DNA from: Candidatus Latescibacterota bacterium
GTDB taxonomy: Bacteria > Latescibacterota > CBDEFO01
DNA length: 64,000 bases
Assembly (NCBI GenBank): GCA_965248755.1
Contig: OZ252149.1
Location: forward strand, 608,001 to 672,000
Direction: 5' to 3'
The stretch's first letter is position 1. The number at the start of each line of letters is the position of its first letter. The notes under the pieces are model-generated. The model saw only the letters and a program-made list of their open reading frames with translations. It was not told where the DNA came from and made no database searches. Below are positions 51,537 to 62,148 of this stretch, piece by piece. The translations under genes and the position numbers were made by a program.

Positions 51537-53783
51537 ATGGCCCAAGACTATTCCGTGCTTGGTAAGAGACTCTCAAGAGTGGATGCATTTGAGAAGGCGA
51601 CGGGGCGGGCGGTGTACGCGGCTGATATCTATCTTCCGGGGATGCTTTACGGAAAGTCTTTAAGGAGCCCTTACTCCCACGCAAAGATCGTGAATTTAGA
51701 TACCAGCAGAGCCCAGAAGCTTCCGGGAGTCAAAGCGGTACTGACATATAAGGACTTAGCATCTGGACAGGCGCTTGCCACGAACGACATGGCGCACGGA
51801 ATGAAGCTAGCACAGGAACTTTTTGCCTCAGAAAAGGTGCGCTATCAGGGTCAGAAGATAGCGGTGGTTGCGGCCACAGACCCCGACATTGCTGAGGATG
51901 CCCTCGACCTTATCCAGGTTGAATTCGAGGAGCTTAAGCCGGTCTTCGACCCGATGGAGGCCATAAGGCCGGACGCTCCCCTGGTACACGAGGAAGTGGA
52001 GCCGATAGAAGGACCAGACGGGGGGAAGCTTTACAATATAGCGGGGGATACCCACTACAGCGTCGGTGATGTCGACAAGGCATTTTCAAAGGCCGACTAT
52101 GTCTTCGAGGATACGTACACTATCCCTAGGGTTCACCACACTTATATAGAACCAAACGCTGTGGTGGCGGACATGGACCCTACGGGGAAGGTGAACATCT
52201 GGACGTGCACCCAGGGCATATTCTCCGTCAGGTCGAGCGTGGCAAGCTCCCTGAATATTCCCATATCTAAGATCAATGTGATAGGAACAACCATAGGCGG
52301 GGGGTTCGGAGCCAAGTTCGGAATGCTGGATCACCCTTATGCCGTCCTCCTATCTCAGGCGACGGGACATCCGGTCAAAATCGTGATGTCCAGATATGAA
52401 GAGTTCCTGGACGGAAGACCCGCTCCCGGATGCGTGATAACCCTAAAGACGGCTGTGAAGAAAGACGGGATGATAACAGCAAGGCAGGCGTCGGCTTACT
52501 GGGATACAGGCGTCGCTCCGGGCGCATCCATAGGACAGACCGGAAGGATCAAAGGCGTCTATAAGATCCTGAACATCAAATACGATGCCTATGCCGTATA
52601 TACGAACAAGCCCTCCCCGGCAGCTTACAGGGCACCTGGAGCCCCTCAGACGACTTTCGCTTCGGAGGCTCAACTGGACAGGATTGCCTGTGAACTGGAC
52701 ATAGACCCTGTGGATTTGAGATTGAAGAACATGTTAGTTGAGGGGGATAAGCTCCCTGAGGGTGGAACTGCGCCAGTAGTTGGGCTCAGGGAGACTCTTC
52801 AAGCTGTTGCGGCTAAAGTGGACTGGCCGAACAGAAAAAAGGGAGAGTACGAAGGATGGGGAGTCGCCGTTGGAGAGTGGACGAACGGAGCAGGAGGCAC
52901 CAGCGCCTGCATCTCACTGCATGAGGACGGAACCGTGAAGGTGCACCACGGGACGGTGGACATCTCAGGCACAGATACAGCTCTAGCCTGTATAGCCGCT
53001 GAGACACTGGGCGTTCCCTACGAAAGCGTTCTCATGAAAAGAGGCGATACCGACAGTGTACCCTTTGCCATCGGCAGCGGTGGAAGCGCCGTGACTTTCT
53101 CCCAAGGCAATGCTGTCAAACAGGCTGCAGAGAAAGTCAAAGCCAGGATACTTAAGATCGCCTCTGAGATCCTGGAAGCGTCTCCTGAGGATCTGGATAT
53201 AAAGGACGGGAAGGTCCTTGTCCTGGGATCTCCCGATGAGACGATAACGCTTCAGGAGGTGGCAACTGCGAGCCTCCACGCCCATGGAGGTCCCATAGTC
53301 GAAAGCGGTGTATTTTCACCCCAACCGAGCGCACCTGTAATTTCGGCGCAGATAGCCAGGATAAAGGTCGATCCTGAAACAGGTAGGATCAAGGTCTTGA
53401 GGTTTGCAGGCTCTCTGGACGTGGGCACAGCGCTTAATCCTCCAGCAATAGAGGGTCAGATGGAGGGTGGAGCTATACAGGGCCTCTCCTGGGGGATTAT
53501 GGAGGAGATGAAGTACGAAGGTCAGACGAACAGCAATCCCAACCTTCTGGACTATCAGATCCCCACAGCCCTGGATCTGCCCATGCTGGAGTCGGTAATA
53601 GTCGAGGTCCCCATAGAAAACGGGCCTTACGGTGCAAAGGGAGTAGGTGAGCCTCCTATAGCTCCGACGTTAGCTACCATGGCAAACGCAGTCTATGACG
53701 CTATAGGAATCAGGATCAACGATATCCCCGTAAACCCCGAGAGGATAGTAACAGCTGTCAAGAACAACAGGGAGAATCACTAG
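51537..53783 (+). CDS. Xanthine dehydrogenase-family molybdopterin-binding large subunit
   Basis: GGGFGAK, AYRAPG, EGQMEGG, GAKGVGE. Confidence 0.93.
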   Translation: MAQDYSVLGKRLSRVDAFEKATGRAVYAADIYLPGMLYGKSLRSPYSHAKIVNLDTSRAQKLPGVKAVLTYKDLASGQALATNDMAHGMKLAQELFASEKVRYQGQKIAVVAATDPDIAEDALDLIQVEFEELKPVFDPMEAIRPDAPLVHEEVEPIEGPDGGKLYNIAGDTHYSVGDVDKAFSKADYVFEDTYTIPRVHHTYIEPNAVVADMDPTGKVNIWTCTQGIFSVRSSVASSLNIPISKINVIGTTIGGGFGAKFGMLDHPYAVLLSQATGHPVKIVMSRYEEFLDGRPAPGCVITLKTAVKKDGMITARQASAYWDTGVAPGASIGQTGRIKGVYKILNIKYDAYAVYTNKPSPAAYRAPGAPQTTFASEAQLDRIACELDIDPVDLRLKNMLVEGDKLPEGGTAPVVGLRETLQAVAAKVDWPNRKKGEYEGWGVAVGEWTNGAGGTSACISLHEDGTVKVHHGTVDISGTDTALACIAAETLGVPYESVLMKRGDTDSVPFAIGSGGSAVTFSQGNAVKQAAEKVKARILKIASEILEASPEDLDIKDGKVLVLGSPDETITLQEVATASLHAHGGPIVESGVFSPQPSAPVISAQIARIKVDPETGRIKVLRFAGSLDVGTALNPPAIEGQMEGGAIQGLSWGIMEEMKYEGQTNSNPNLLDYQIPTALDLPMLESVIVEVPIENGPYGAKGVGEPPIAPTLATMANAVYDAIGIRINDIPVNPERIVTAVKNNRENH

Positions 53784-53930
53784 GCTGCATATAGAGGAAG
53801 TCTAAGTAAGATTGCTTGTGCTTAAACTCGGTGGGTCAGACATTCCTGTCTGACGAAGCAATCTTATCTGTCTACTGAACAGAGGTGAATGTCTGTTCTA
53901 CTGTCTACTTGAGAAAGGAGGGGCAAGTAT

Positions 53931-54416
53931 ATGAAAACGCTTAACATCATCCCCGAAAGATGCACCGGGTGCATGCAGTGTGAGCTGGCATGTTCTTGGG
54001 TACAGACCGGCACGTTTCAACCTTCAAGATCGCTCATACGAGTGAACATCTTCGATGAGCAGGCCACCTTTTCACCCTACACCTGCTTTCAGTGCGATGA
54101 GGCGTGGTGTATGACAGCCTGTCCTGTCAACGCTATCGGCATAGATGCAGATACAGGAGCAAAGGTCGTTGCGGAGGACACATGCGTCGGATGCGCTCTA
54201 TGTATGATAGCGTGTCCCTTTGGGACCGTATTTTTCAACCCCGATACAAATAAGGCCTTCAAGTGCGATCTTTGCAGCGGTGACCCCGCCTGCGCCAGAT
54301 CCTGCCCGACCTCAGCAATAGAGTACGTAGAAGTGGAAGACCCCGATTGGATAGGCCCATGGTCGGATAGGGTGAACACAGTCTACGCTGAGACGATGAG
54401 AGGAGGTGTAGCATAA
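53931..54416 (+). CDS. 4x[4Fe-4S] electron-transfer subunit (AorA-like)
   Basis: Four Cys clusters; stop overlaps the AOR start. Confidence 0.9.
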   Translation: MKTLNIIPERCTGCMQCELACSWVQTGTFQPSRSLIRVNIFDEQATFSPYTCFQCDEAWCMTACPVNAIGIDADTGAKVVAEDTCVGCALCMIACPFGTVFFNPDTNKAFKCDLCSGDPACARSCPTSAIEYVEVEDPDWIGPWSDRVNTVYAETMRGGVA

Positions 54417-56260
54417 TGTACGGATGGACGGGAAAAGTACTTCGCGTAAACCTCACAAAGGGTACATCCGAGGTGGAAGGCCTGAACGCTCAATGGGCCA
54501 GAGATTTCATAGGAGGAAGGGGTGTCGGTGCAAGGTATCTGTACGAGGAGATGGACCCGAAGACAGATCCGCTAAGTCCTGAGAACAAGCTTATCTTTGC
54601 CACAGGCCCGCTGACGGGGACTAACGCATCGTGTGGGGCGCGTTACATGGTTATAACAAAGGGCCCTTTGACAAATACTATTACCACTTCTAACTCCGGA
54701 GGTCACTGGGGACCGGAGTTTAAGTTTGCGGGATACGACCTTCTGATCATAGAGGGCAAAGCTGACAAACCATCGTACATCTGGATATACGACGATCAGG
54801 TTGAGATACGCTCTGCGGAGAGTCTGTGGGGCAAGACTGTCTGGGAGACCGAAGACGATCTACGGAGTGAGGTCGGAGTCCCGGACGCTGTAGTTGCAAA
54901 TATCGGTCCTGCGGGAGAGAATCTTGTCAAGTTCGCCGCAATTATGAACGACAGACACAGAGCTGCGGGTCGTTCGGGCGTAGGAGCCGTTATGGGGTCC
55001 AAAAACCTCAAGGCCATCGCCGTTCGGGGGACAGGGCAAGTTTCATTGGCCGACCCAGAGGGCTTTATGAACGCTATGTGGGCCCTCAAGGCGAAGGTTA
55101 GTGAGCACCCCGTGACGGGCGAAGGTCTGCCGACATACGGGACGCTTGTGCTGATGAACGTGATAAACGAACACGGGTCACTCCCCACGAACAACTTCCA
55201 AAAAGCCCAGTTTGGGGGAGCGGAGAACATAAGCGGTGAGACACTAACTGAGACACGCTTGCAAGCTAACAAGGCCTGCTTTGCATGCACGATAGCCTGC
55301 GGACGTGTGACCAGACTCCCGGAGGAAGCGGCTAGCAAATTCATGGTGACAACGCATCCGAGAAACTGGAAGATAGCGACCGAAGGACCGGAGTTCGAAC
55401 CTGCATGGGCGATGGGAGCCGACTGCGGCGTGGACGATATGGACGCCCTGATCAAAGCGAACTATCTTTGTAACGAGCTAGGTCTCGATCCGATCTCAAT
55501 GGGAGCCACCCTGGCAGCCGCGATGGAGCTCTATGAGAAGGGGCACATATCCGACGACCTGACAGGGATTCCGCTTAATTTCGGAAGCGCAGAAGCTCTG
55601 GTGGCTATGGTGGAAAAGACGGCATATCGAGAGGGATTCGGAGACGATTTGGCCGAAGGTGCCAAGCGCCTGACGGAGAAATACGGGAATCCTGATCTCT
55701 TCATGGGTGTCAAGGGATCAGAGTTTCCGGCGTACGATCCGAGGAGCGTGCAGGGTATGGGATTGAGCTACGCCACTTCCAACAGAGGAGCATGCCATCT
55801 CAAGGCCTACACCGTATCGCCTGAGATATTGGGCATCCCTCAGAAGATGGATCCATCCGTAACTGAAGGCAAGGCGGAGATAACCAAAATATTTCAGGAC
55901 GCTACATCTGTGGTGGATGCTACGGGACTGTGTCTCTTTTTGACATTCGCCATCGGACTGGAGGACGTACTGCCTGAACTTACTGCGGCAACCGGAATAG
56001 ACTACGATATGGAGGGACTTATGCAGGCCGGCGAGAGGATATGGAACCTCGAGCGGCTGTGGAACCAAGGGGCGGGCTTTACGGGTAAGGACGATACCCT
56101 GCCCAAGCGCATCCTCCAGGAGGCGGTTCCAGAAGGTCCTACAAAGGGTCAGGTGAACAAATTAGGCGAAATGCTGCCTGAATATTACGAACTTAGAGGC
56201 TGGACATCCGACGGCAAACCGACGCCCGAAAAACTTGCCGAGCTTGGACTTTCAGCCTAA
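54416..56260 (+). CDS. aor: Tungsten aldehyde:ferredoxin oxidoreductase (AorB-like)
   Basis: GWTGKVLRVNL, AAGRSGVGAVMGSKNLKA, CFACTIAC, YDPR, RGACH, EYYELRGW. Confidence 0.94.
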   Translation: MYGWTGKVLRVNLTKGTSEVEGLNAQWARDFIGGRGVGARYLYEEMDPKTDPLSPENKLIFATGPLTGTNASCGARYMVITKGPLTNTITTSNSGGHWGPEFKFAGYDLLIIEGKADKPSYIWIYDDQVEIRSAESLWGKTVWETEDDLRSEVGVPDAVVANIGPAGENLVKFAAIMNDRHRAAGRSGVGAVMGSKNLKAIAVRGTGQVSLADPEGFMNAMWALKAKVSEHPVTGEGLPTYGTLVLMNVINEHGSLPTNNFQKAQFGGAENISGETLTETRLQANKACFACTIACGRVTRLPEEAASKFMVTTHPRNWKIATEGPEFEPAWAMGADCGVDDMDALIKANYLCNELGLDPISMGATLAAAMELYEKGHISDDLTGIPLNFGSAEALVAMVEKTAYREGFGDDLAEGAKRLTEKYGNPDLFMGVKGSEFPAYDPRSVQGMGLSYATSNRGACHLKAYTVSPEILGIPQKMDPSVTEGKAEITKIFQDATSVVDATGLCLFLTFAIGLEDVLPELTAATGIDYDMEGLMQAGERIWNLERLWNQGAGFTGKDDTLPKRILQEAVPEGPTKGQVNKLGEMLPEYYELRGWTSDGKPTPEKLAELGLSA

Positions 56261-56450
56261 TAGCGAGAATCGTTTCAACGACAGAATTGAGATTGCTTCC
56301 CCCCGATGATTCAGTCGGGGGCGATCGCAATGACGGTTTAATCGCTGCTGATATCTTCTGTCATTGCGAGGGGTGAAACCCCAAACCAATCTCAAGGGAG
56401 CCGAAGAGGTGCCCTGACTTCTGTCTACTTGTTTTGCGGAGGGAATAGAT

Positions 56451-57824
56451 ATGGCAAATAAGAACGTGATAGTAGGAGGCGGCCCTGCAGGGATCAACGC
56501 CATAGAGACGATAAGACAGATAGACGGCAAAGGCTCGTCCATCACCTTGATCTCAGATGAACCCGCATACTCAAGGATGGTCCTGCCGTACTTCATCGCA
56601 GGAGAGATAAACGAAAAACACGTCTATACTGGAGGAGATGAGTACTTCGACAAATTAGGCGTGGAGACTATGTTCGGCAAGAGGGTTTCGTCTATAGATT
56701 CAAAGTCGAATCAGGTGTCCCTGGATGACGGGGCATCGGTTGAGTACGACAATCTCTTAATCGCCACAGGATCTTCGGCTCAGATGCCGGATATTCCGGG
56801 CGCAGACGGTGATGGGGTCTATAACCTCTGGACACTCAACGATGCCAGGAAAGCTCTATCTGCGGGTGGAGAGGTAGCGGACGTGGTGATGATCGGGGCC
56901 GGCTTTATAGGCTTTATCGTCCTGAACGCTATGGGCAAGCTCAACTGGAACTTGAGCGTGGTGGAGCTCGAAGATCAGGTCCTCCCCCGGATGCTGGATA
57001 ATAATAGCGCCCAGATGGTGCAAAAGTGGCTGGAGAAAAAGGGCGTTAAGGTCTTTACCGGGACGAGTGTCACAAATATAGACACAACTTCAAGTGGAAA
57101 GAAGAACGTCAAGCTGGCCAGCGGGCAGGAATTGACTGCTGATCTGGTGATCATGGCCACAGGTATAACCGCAAATATAGACCTGGTAAAAGGCTCAGGC
57201 ATAGAGACCAACCAGGGCATCCTTCTGAACCAGAAGATGCAGACCAATATCCCTAATATCTACGCTGCCGGGGATATGGCTGAGGGTCCCGACCTTTCGA
57301 CAGGCAAACAAGCCGTCCACGCCATTCAACCCACAGCAATAGACCACGGCCGCGTGGCAGGCGCAAATATGGCCGGACAGGAAACAGAGTACGCCGGAAG
57401 TCTGCTTATGAACGTGCTCAACGTGCTCGGGCTCCACTGTGCAAGCTTCGGCATATGGCAGGGGAAGGACCATGATGTGACAGAAATTGCGAACCCCTCA
57501 AGGCCTATACTCCGAAAGTTGGTATGGGACGACGATAGGATAGTGGGCTCCATCTTCATAGGTCCGGCGGACGATGTGGGCATGCTCAACGACGTCGGCA
57601 TGGTCAAAGGAATGATCCAGACGAAAGCTAATCTCGGCGACTGGAAGGCTTATATAGAGAAGAATCCGTTTGACATAAGGAAACCCTACGTAGCCACCAA
57701 GACGGCATCTAAGGTCCTGGGAAGTACGATCTTAGGGAAACCATCGGCTCAAAGGGCATATCGTTATTCTGATGCCAAGCCGGGCGCTGCTCACGCCGTC
57801 CTCACCCGAACGCGTCCCTCGTGA
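56451..57824 (+). CDS. FAD/NAD-dependent oxidoreductase (AorC-like)
   Basis: GGGPAG, ATGS, GAGFIG, YAAGD. Confidence 0.9.
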   Translation: MANKNVIVGGGPAGINAIETIRQIDGKGSSITLISDEPAYSRMVLPYFIAGEINEKHVYTGGDEYFDKLGVETMFGKRVSSIDSKSNQVSLDDGASVEYDNLLIATGSSAQMPDIPGADGDGVYNLWTLNDARKALSAGGEVADVVMIGAGFIGFIVLNAMGKLNWNLSVVELEDQVLPRMLDNNSAQMVQKWLEKKGVKVFTGTSVTNIDTTSSGKKNVKLASGQELTADLVIMATGITANIDLVKGSGIETNQGILLNQKMQTNIPNIYAAGDMAEGPDLSTGKQAVHAIQPTAIDHGRVAGANMAGQETEYAGSLLMNVLNVLGLHCASFGIWQGKDHDVTEIANPSRPILRKLVWDDDRIVGSIFIGPADDVGMLNDVGMVKGMIQTKANLGDWKAYIEKNPFDIRKPYVATKTASKVLGSTILGKPSAQRAYRYSDAKPGAAHAVLTRTRPS

Positions 57825-59064
57825 TAGAGTAAGATTAGAGACCGTATTTTAGTGTACGATCAAGGCGTAGAGACATCTGTACAATACAGGAGTCGGTGTA
57901 CAGCATGCAGGGGGAAAGGGGGCTACTGTCTACTTGATTTGTCCCTGAGCCTTTATCGCAATTGAGGTGGTACTTACTGCTTGCTTATCGCAAAAATGAG
58001 GGTAAATTTCCGCTGTCCGTCCTGCACATCTTCGAGCAAGGTGGTGCGCCCACTCCGTCTCGAGATTTTAGAGGAGAATAGGATAAGCTGTCCTGTCTGT
58101 TCCAGTAACTTCGATGTATCAGAGTCCATCCGAAAATCGAAAGTAGTGGATAAATGCTGCGTATGCGGCTTTGAGAAGTTTTACGTCCAGAAGGATTTCA
58201 ACAAGTTCCTGGGCTTGGGCATAGTGGGGATCAGCATCCTTTTTAGCTATCACACCTATCTTATGAGTCTCTTTGCCGGGGCTCTTTTGGACTGGATACT
58301 GTACCGCACGCGTCCGGAAGTGACGATCTGCTATAAGTGCAAGGCAAAATACGGGGACTTTGTGAAGAACCCCGATCATGGACCTTTCGACCTGTATACG
58401 GCTGATAAACCGGAACGCGTCCTTCGTGATACAGTAAGATTAGAGCCCGTATTTTACTGTACGATCAAGGCGTAGAGATATCTGTACATTACAGGAGTCG
58501 GTGGACAGCATGCAGGGGGGAAGGGGTGCCCTGTCTACAGTCTACCCCCGCTCCCCGATTGAGTCTATCGGGGAGCGGGGGCTACTATCTACTTGATTTG
58601 CCCTGAGCCTTTATCATAATTGAGGTAGTTCTACTCTTGCTTATCGAAAAATGAGGCTAAGTTTCCACTGTCCGTCCTGCACATCTTCGAACAGGGTGGT
58701 GCGACCACTCCGTGTCGAGATTTTAGAGGAGAATAGGATAAGCTGTCCTGTCTGTTGCAGTAACTTCGATGTATCAGAGTCCATCCGAAAATCGAAAGTT
58801 GTCGATAAGTGTTGCGTGTGCGGTTTTGAGAAGTTTTACGTCCAGAAGGATTTCAACAAGTTCCTGGGCTTGGGCATAGTGGGGATCAGCATCCTTTTTA
58901 GCTATCACACCTATCTTATGAGTCTCTTTGCCGGGGCTCTTTTGGACTGGATACTGTACCGCACGCGTCCGGAAGTGACGATCTGCTATAAGTGCAAGGC
59001 AAAATACGGGGACTTTGTGAAGAACCCCGATCATGGACCTTTCGACCTGTATACGGCTGATAAA
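57805..59064 (+). repeat. Tandem duplication (copy 1 57805-58409, copy 2 58410-59064)
   Basis: Both copies start ccN-gaacgcgtcc and end gctgataaa; copy 2 has ~50 extra bp. Confidence 0.93.
57996..58475 (+). CDS. Cys-rich (Zn-ribbon) membrane protein, copy 1 with read-through C-terminus
   Basis: Four CxxC motifs, two TM helices. Confidence 0.8.
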   Translation: MRVNFRCPSCTSSSKVVRPLRLEILEENRISCPVCSSNFDVSESIRKSKVVDKCCVCGFEKFYVQKDFNKFLGLGIVGISILFSYHTYLMSLFAGALLDWILYRTRPEVTICYKCKAKYGDFVKNPDHGPFDLYTADKPERVLRDTVRLEPVFYCTIKA

Positions 59065-59082
59065 GCTGAGGGGCGATATTAA
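58651..59082 (+). CDS. Cys-rich (Zn-ribbon) membrane protein, copy 2
   Basis: Near-identical paralogue with the presumed native end KAEGRY*. Confidence 0.82.
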   Translation: MRLSFHCPSCTSSNRVVRPLRVEILEENRISCPVCCSNFDVSESIRKSKVVDKCCVCGFEKFYVQKDFNKFLGLGIVGISILFSYHTYLMSLFAGALLDWILYRTRPEVTICYKCKAKYGDFVKNPDHGPFDLYTADKAEGRY

Positions 59083-59244
59083 TTTAGCAGACAGGGTGCC
59101 AGGAAGGGGGCAGTCTAACAGAGATTGATTAGCTCTAGCTTTCTGTCATTGCAGAAGGTAAAAGACATACCTCGTTGGAGGTGCCAAGCATGCCGATAAC
59201 AAGGGATAGGTAGTGGGGGTCTTTCTACAGACTAAAGTAGAGCC

Positions 59245-61089
59245 ATGCATCTTTTACAAATGCTCCAAGAAAAAGTAGTAATCTGCGATGGGGCTATGGG
59301 GACGCTTCTTTATGAAAGGGGCATAGCCTTCGATCATCCGTTCGAGATGGTCAACCTGACGCGTCCGGAACTTGTAGAAGATGTGCATAAGGAGTACATT
59401 CAAGCGGGTGCGCAAATAGTCGAGACCAATAGTTATGGGGCAAACAGCTTCAAGCTTAAAGAGTTCGGAGTTGAGGACAGAGCTGACGAAATTAATGCAG
59501 CTGCTGTGAAAATTGCGAAAAAGGCATCCGAGGGAAAGGCTCTGGTGGCAGGGGCGGTCGGCCCTGTGGGGAAACCAATTAAGCCGATAGGTAGAATAGG
59601 TCCGGTGGAGGCACATGAATCCTTTAAAAGTCAGATGGGAATCCTCCTTGAGGAGGGCGTGGACCTACTTATCCTTGAGACGTTTTCCGATATAGAGGAA
59701 CTCAGAATAGCCCTTGAAGCCGCAAGGGAACTTACAGATATTCCTATCGTGGCCCAAAAGGCTTTTATAGAGGACGGCGGGACTCTGGCCAAGGGTCTTC
59801 CTGGGAAGGTGCGGGACAGACTCTTAGATTGGGGAGCAGACATTGTGGGCGCCAACTGTATTGTGGGTCCTCAAAGGATGCTCTCTATAGTCAAAGACAT
59901 AGCTTCCAAGGAGGACATAAAAGTCTCCGCTCAGCCTACCGCAGGTCTCCCTCAGTTCGTAAGAGGAAAGATCACGTACAATGCCTCTCCAGATTACTTT
60001 GCAGAGTACGCCCGAACCTTTGCAGAGTCCGGAGCAGGCTTAATCGGCGGCTGCTGCGGAACCACGCCGCGGCATATAAAAGCCCTTGCGGAGGCTATAA
60101 AGGATGTCACTTTAGGATCTAAAAGGGGCCTGCAAGACGGAGTGGGCGTCCCATCCCTGGAGGTGGAGCCGCTGGATGAGGAGGTGGAGGTATCCGGGGT
60201 CGGACCGCGCGAAAGGTCTTTATTCTCCCAGAAGATAGGGACAAAATATCTCATTACTGTGGAGATTGATCTGCCGAGAGGGGTGGATATATCAAAGGTG
60301 GTGGAAGGCGCAGGAATTTTGAAAGATAACGGCGTGGACGCCTTGAACATCTCCGACGGAGCAAGGGCAAGGCTCAGGATGAACCCGATGATTGTGGCAC
60401 ATCTGCTGCAAGAGAGAATTGGGATAGAGGTCATAATGCACTTTACGTGCCGCGATAGAAATATCCTGGGGATTCAATCGGAACTCTTGGGTGCCCACGT
60501 TTTAGGCGTCAAGAACATACTTGCGATCACAGGAGACCCTGCTCAGATAGGCGACTATCCAGAGGCCACGTCTGTGTTTGACATAGACTCCATCGGACTG
60601 GTCAGAATTATCAACTCTTTCAACCGTGGTCAGGACCTGGCGGGAAATACGATAGCCCAACCGACATCGTTTACCATATCTGTAGCCTTCGATCCCCTGG
60701 CCAACGATTTAGACGCTGAGATTGAGAGGCTGGAAAAAAAGAACGAGGAGGGGGCTCAGGTAATATTCACACAGCCGATTTACGATATAGAATCTCTTGA
60801 GATTGCAACCAAGAGGATAGAACACCTGAACATGCCCCTTTTGGTAGGCATTCTCCCCTTAAGGAGCTCTCGCCATGCGGAATTCTTGCATAACGAGGTG
60901 CCAGGTATGGTGGTCCCCCAGGATATAAGGGAAAAGATGGCCAGTGCTTCTAAGGAGGAAGCACCAAGGGTCGGCGTAAGAATAGCGCAGGATTTTATTA
61001 AATTAGCCGCAAATATGACCGACGGCGCATATCTTATGCCTCCATTTGCTAAATATGACATGGCTTTGGAGGTCATAAGCGCCTTATGA
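59245..61089 (+). CDS. yitJ: Bifunctional homocysteine S-methyltransferase / methylenetetrahydrofolate reductase (YitJ-type)
   Basis: DGAMGT, GANC, GGCCGTTP; C-terminal HFTCRDRN, AITGDP, FTQP, FLHNEVPG. Confidence 0.92.
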   Translation: MHLLQMLQEKVVICDGAMGTLLYERGIAFDHPFEMVNLTRPELVEDVHKEYIQAGAQIVETNSYGANSFKLKEFGVEDRADEINAAAVKIAKKASEGKALVAGAVGPVGKPIKPIGRIGPVEAHESFKSQMGILLEEGVDLLILETFSDIEELRIALEAARELTDIPIVAQKAFIEDGGTLAKGLPGKVRDRLLDWGADIVGANCIVGPQRMLSIVKDIASKEDIKVSAQPTAGLPQFVRGKITYNASPDYFAEYARTFAESGAGLIGGCCGTTPRHIKALAEAIKDVTLGSKRGLQDGVGVPSLEVEPLDEEVEVSGVGPRERSLFSQKIGTKYLITVEIDLPRGVDISKVVEGAGILKDNGVDALNISDGARARLRMNPMIVAHLLQERIGIEVIMHFTCRDRNILGIQSELLGAHVLGVKNILAITGDPAQIGDYPEATSVFDIDSIGLVRIINSFNRGQDLAGNTIAQPTSFTISVAFDPLANDLDAEIERLEKKNEEGAQVIFTQPIYDIESLEIATKRIEHLNMPLLVGILPLRSSRHAEFLHNEVPGMVVPQDIREKMASASKEEAPRVGVRIAQDFIKLAANMTDGAYLMPPFAKYDMALEVISAL

Positions 61090-61167
61090 GAGACTAAAAG
61101 AAAGACAAAATTCTTATTTGAGGGCTGGACAGAAAGCGACTAACCATAGCGCATTTCAGAGAAGATT

Positions 61168-62148
61168 ATGCAATCAACCATTGTAGGACCTTACCCGAGA
61201 GTCGGATCTGAGGTCGGGAATGAACTGAGAAGAGAGCTAAATAATATTTACAGAGGCTCTGGGAGCGTACAATTAGTGCAACGTCTTATGGAGAATTTGA
61301 CAAGGGAAGTAGTTCAGGAAATGGTTTCTGCTGGAATTGACTTGCCAAACTATGGATTAGTAGATGTGCATGATGAGTTGACGTGGCCTTTAGAATCTGT
61401 TGAAGGCGTCCAATTCGGTGGAATGAAAAAAGTATTTCATACTAACACCCACTATAGGGAGGTTATAGTAAACGGAGAAATTGTAAAGAGGAGGCCAATC
61501 GTCAACGATTTATGTAGAATCGCATTAGAAGTCCACCCAGAAGTAAAAGTAGAACTCCCTGGTCCGTATACAATGGCAAAACATTCTGTTTTCGGTAAGA
61601 AATCTCCGTACAAAACTTTTGCAGAGCTGGCGCGCAAATATGCAACGTTATATAGAGAAGAACTATCAGGATTAAAAGATGTTCCTTTAGTTCAATTCAA
61701 TGAACCATCAATAATTGCATATGGTAGGCTGCACGACGATGCAGCCATAGTGCCAGAATTGTACGAGATGATGGTAAGTGACCTGAAACTTCAGACAGCC
61801 GTCTGGACATTTTATGGTAGATACACGCCAGAAGTTTTAGATATGTTATTATCTCTACCTGTGGATATTGTAGGTCTGGATTTTGTTTGGGATCCTGATG
61901 TAGAGACTCTGGTTAAAAAGAAATGTCCCGACAAAGGTATAGGGATCGGTTTAATCGATTCTGGAGACAGAGGCTACACTGGCTTGGAAGAACAAGATTC
62001 CGTTATGAGTAGATTGCGGAGTCTGGAAGGTTATGTGGATTTTCAGAGAGCAATTCTATCGTCAAATGCCACTTTGGAACATCTCCCAAGGGACAACGCC
62101 AAACAAAAAATAGCTCTGATTGCCGATATAACTGATAGGATGAACTAA
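61168..62148 (+). CDS. MetE N-terminal-like subunit (split cobalamin-independent methionine synthase)
   Basis: GPYPR, FHTNTHYR, LPGPYT, QFNEP, TFYG, GLDFV, LEHLP; no Zn ligands. Confidence 0.72.
   Translation: MQSTIVGPYPRVGSEVGNELRRELNNIYRGSGSVQLVQRLMENLTREVVQEMVSAGIDLPNYGLVDVHDELTWPLESVEGVQFGGMKKVFHTNTHYREVIVNGEIVKRRPIVNDLCRIALEVHPEVKVELPGPYTMAKHSVFGKKSPYKTFAELARKYATLYREELSGLKDVPLVQFNEPSIIAYGRLHDDAAIVPELYEMMVSDLKLQTAVWTFYGRYTPEVLDMLLSLPVDIVGLDFVWDPDVETLVKKKCPDKGIGIGLIDSGDRGYTGLEEQDSVMSRLRSLEGYVDFQRAILSSNATLEHLPRDNAKQKIALIADITDRMN

Noticed and set aside
59083..59244. SAM-I riboswitch upstream of yitJ
   Set aside because: Only a ggtgccaa fragment is present; the ATC-AGAG P1/P2 and GCAACC elements are not visible.
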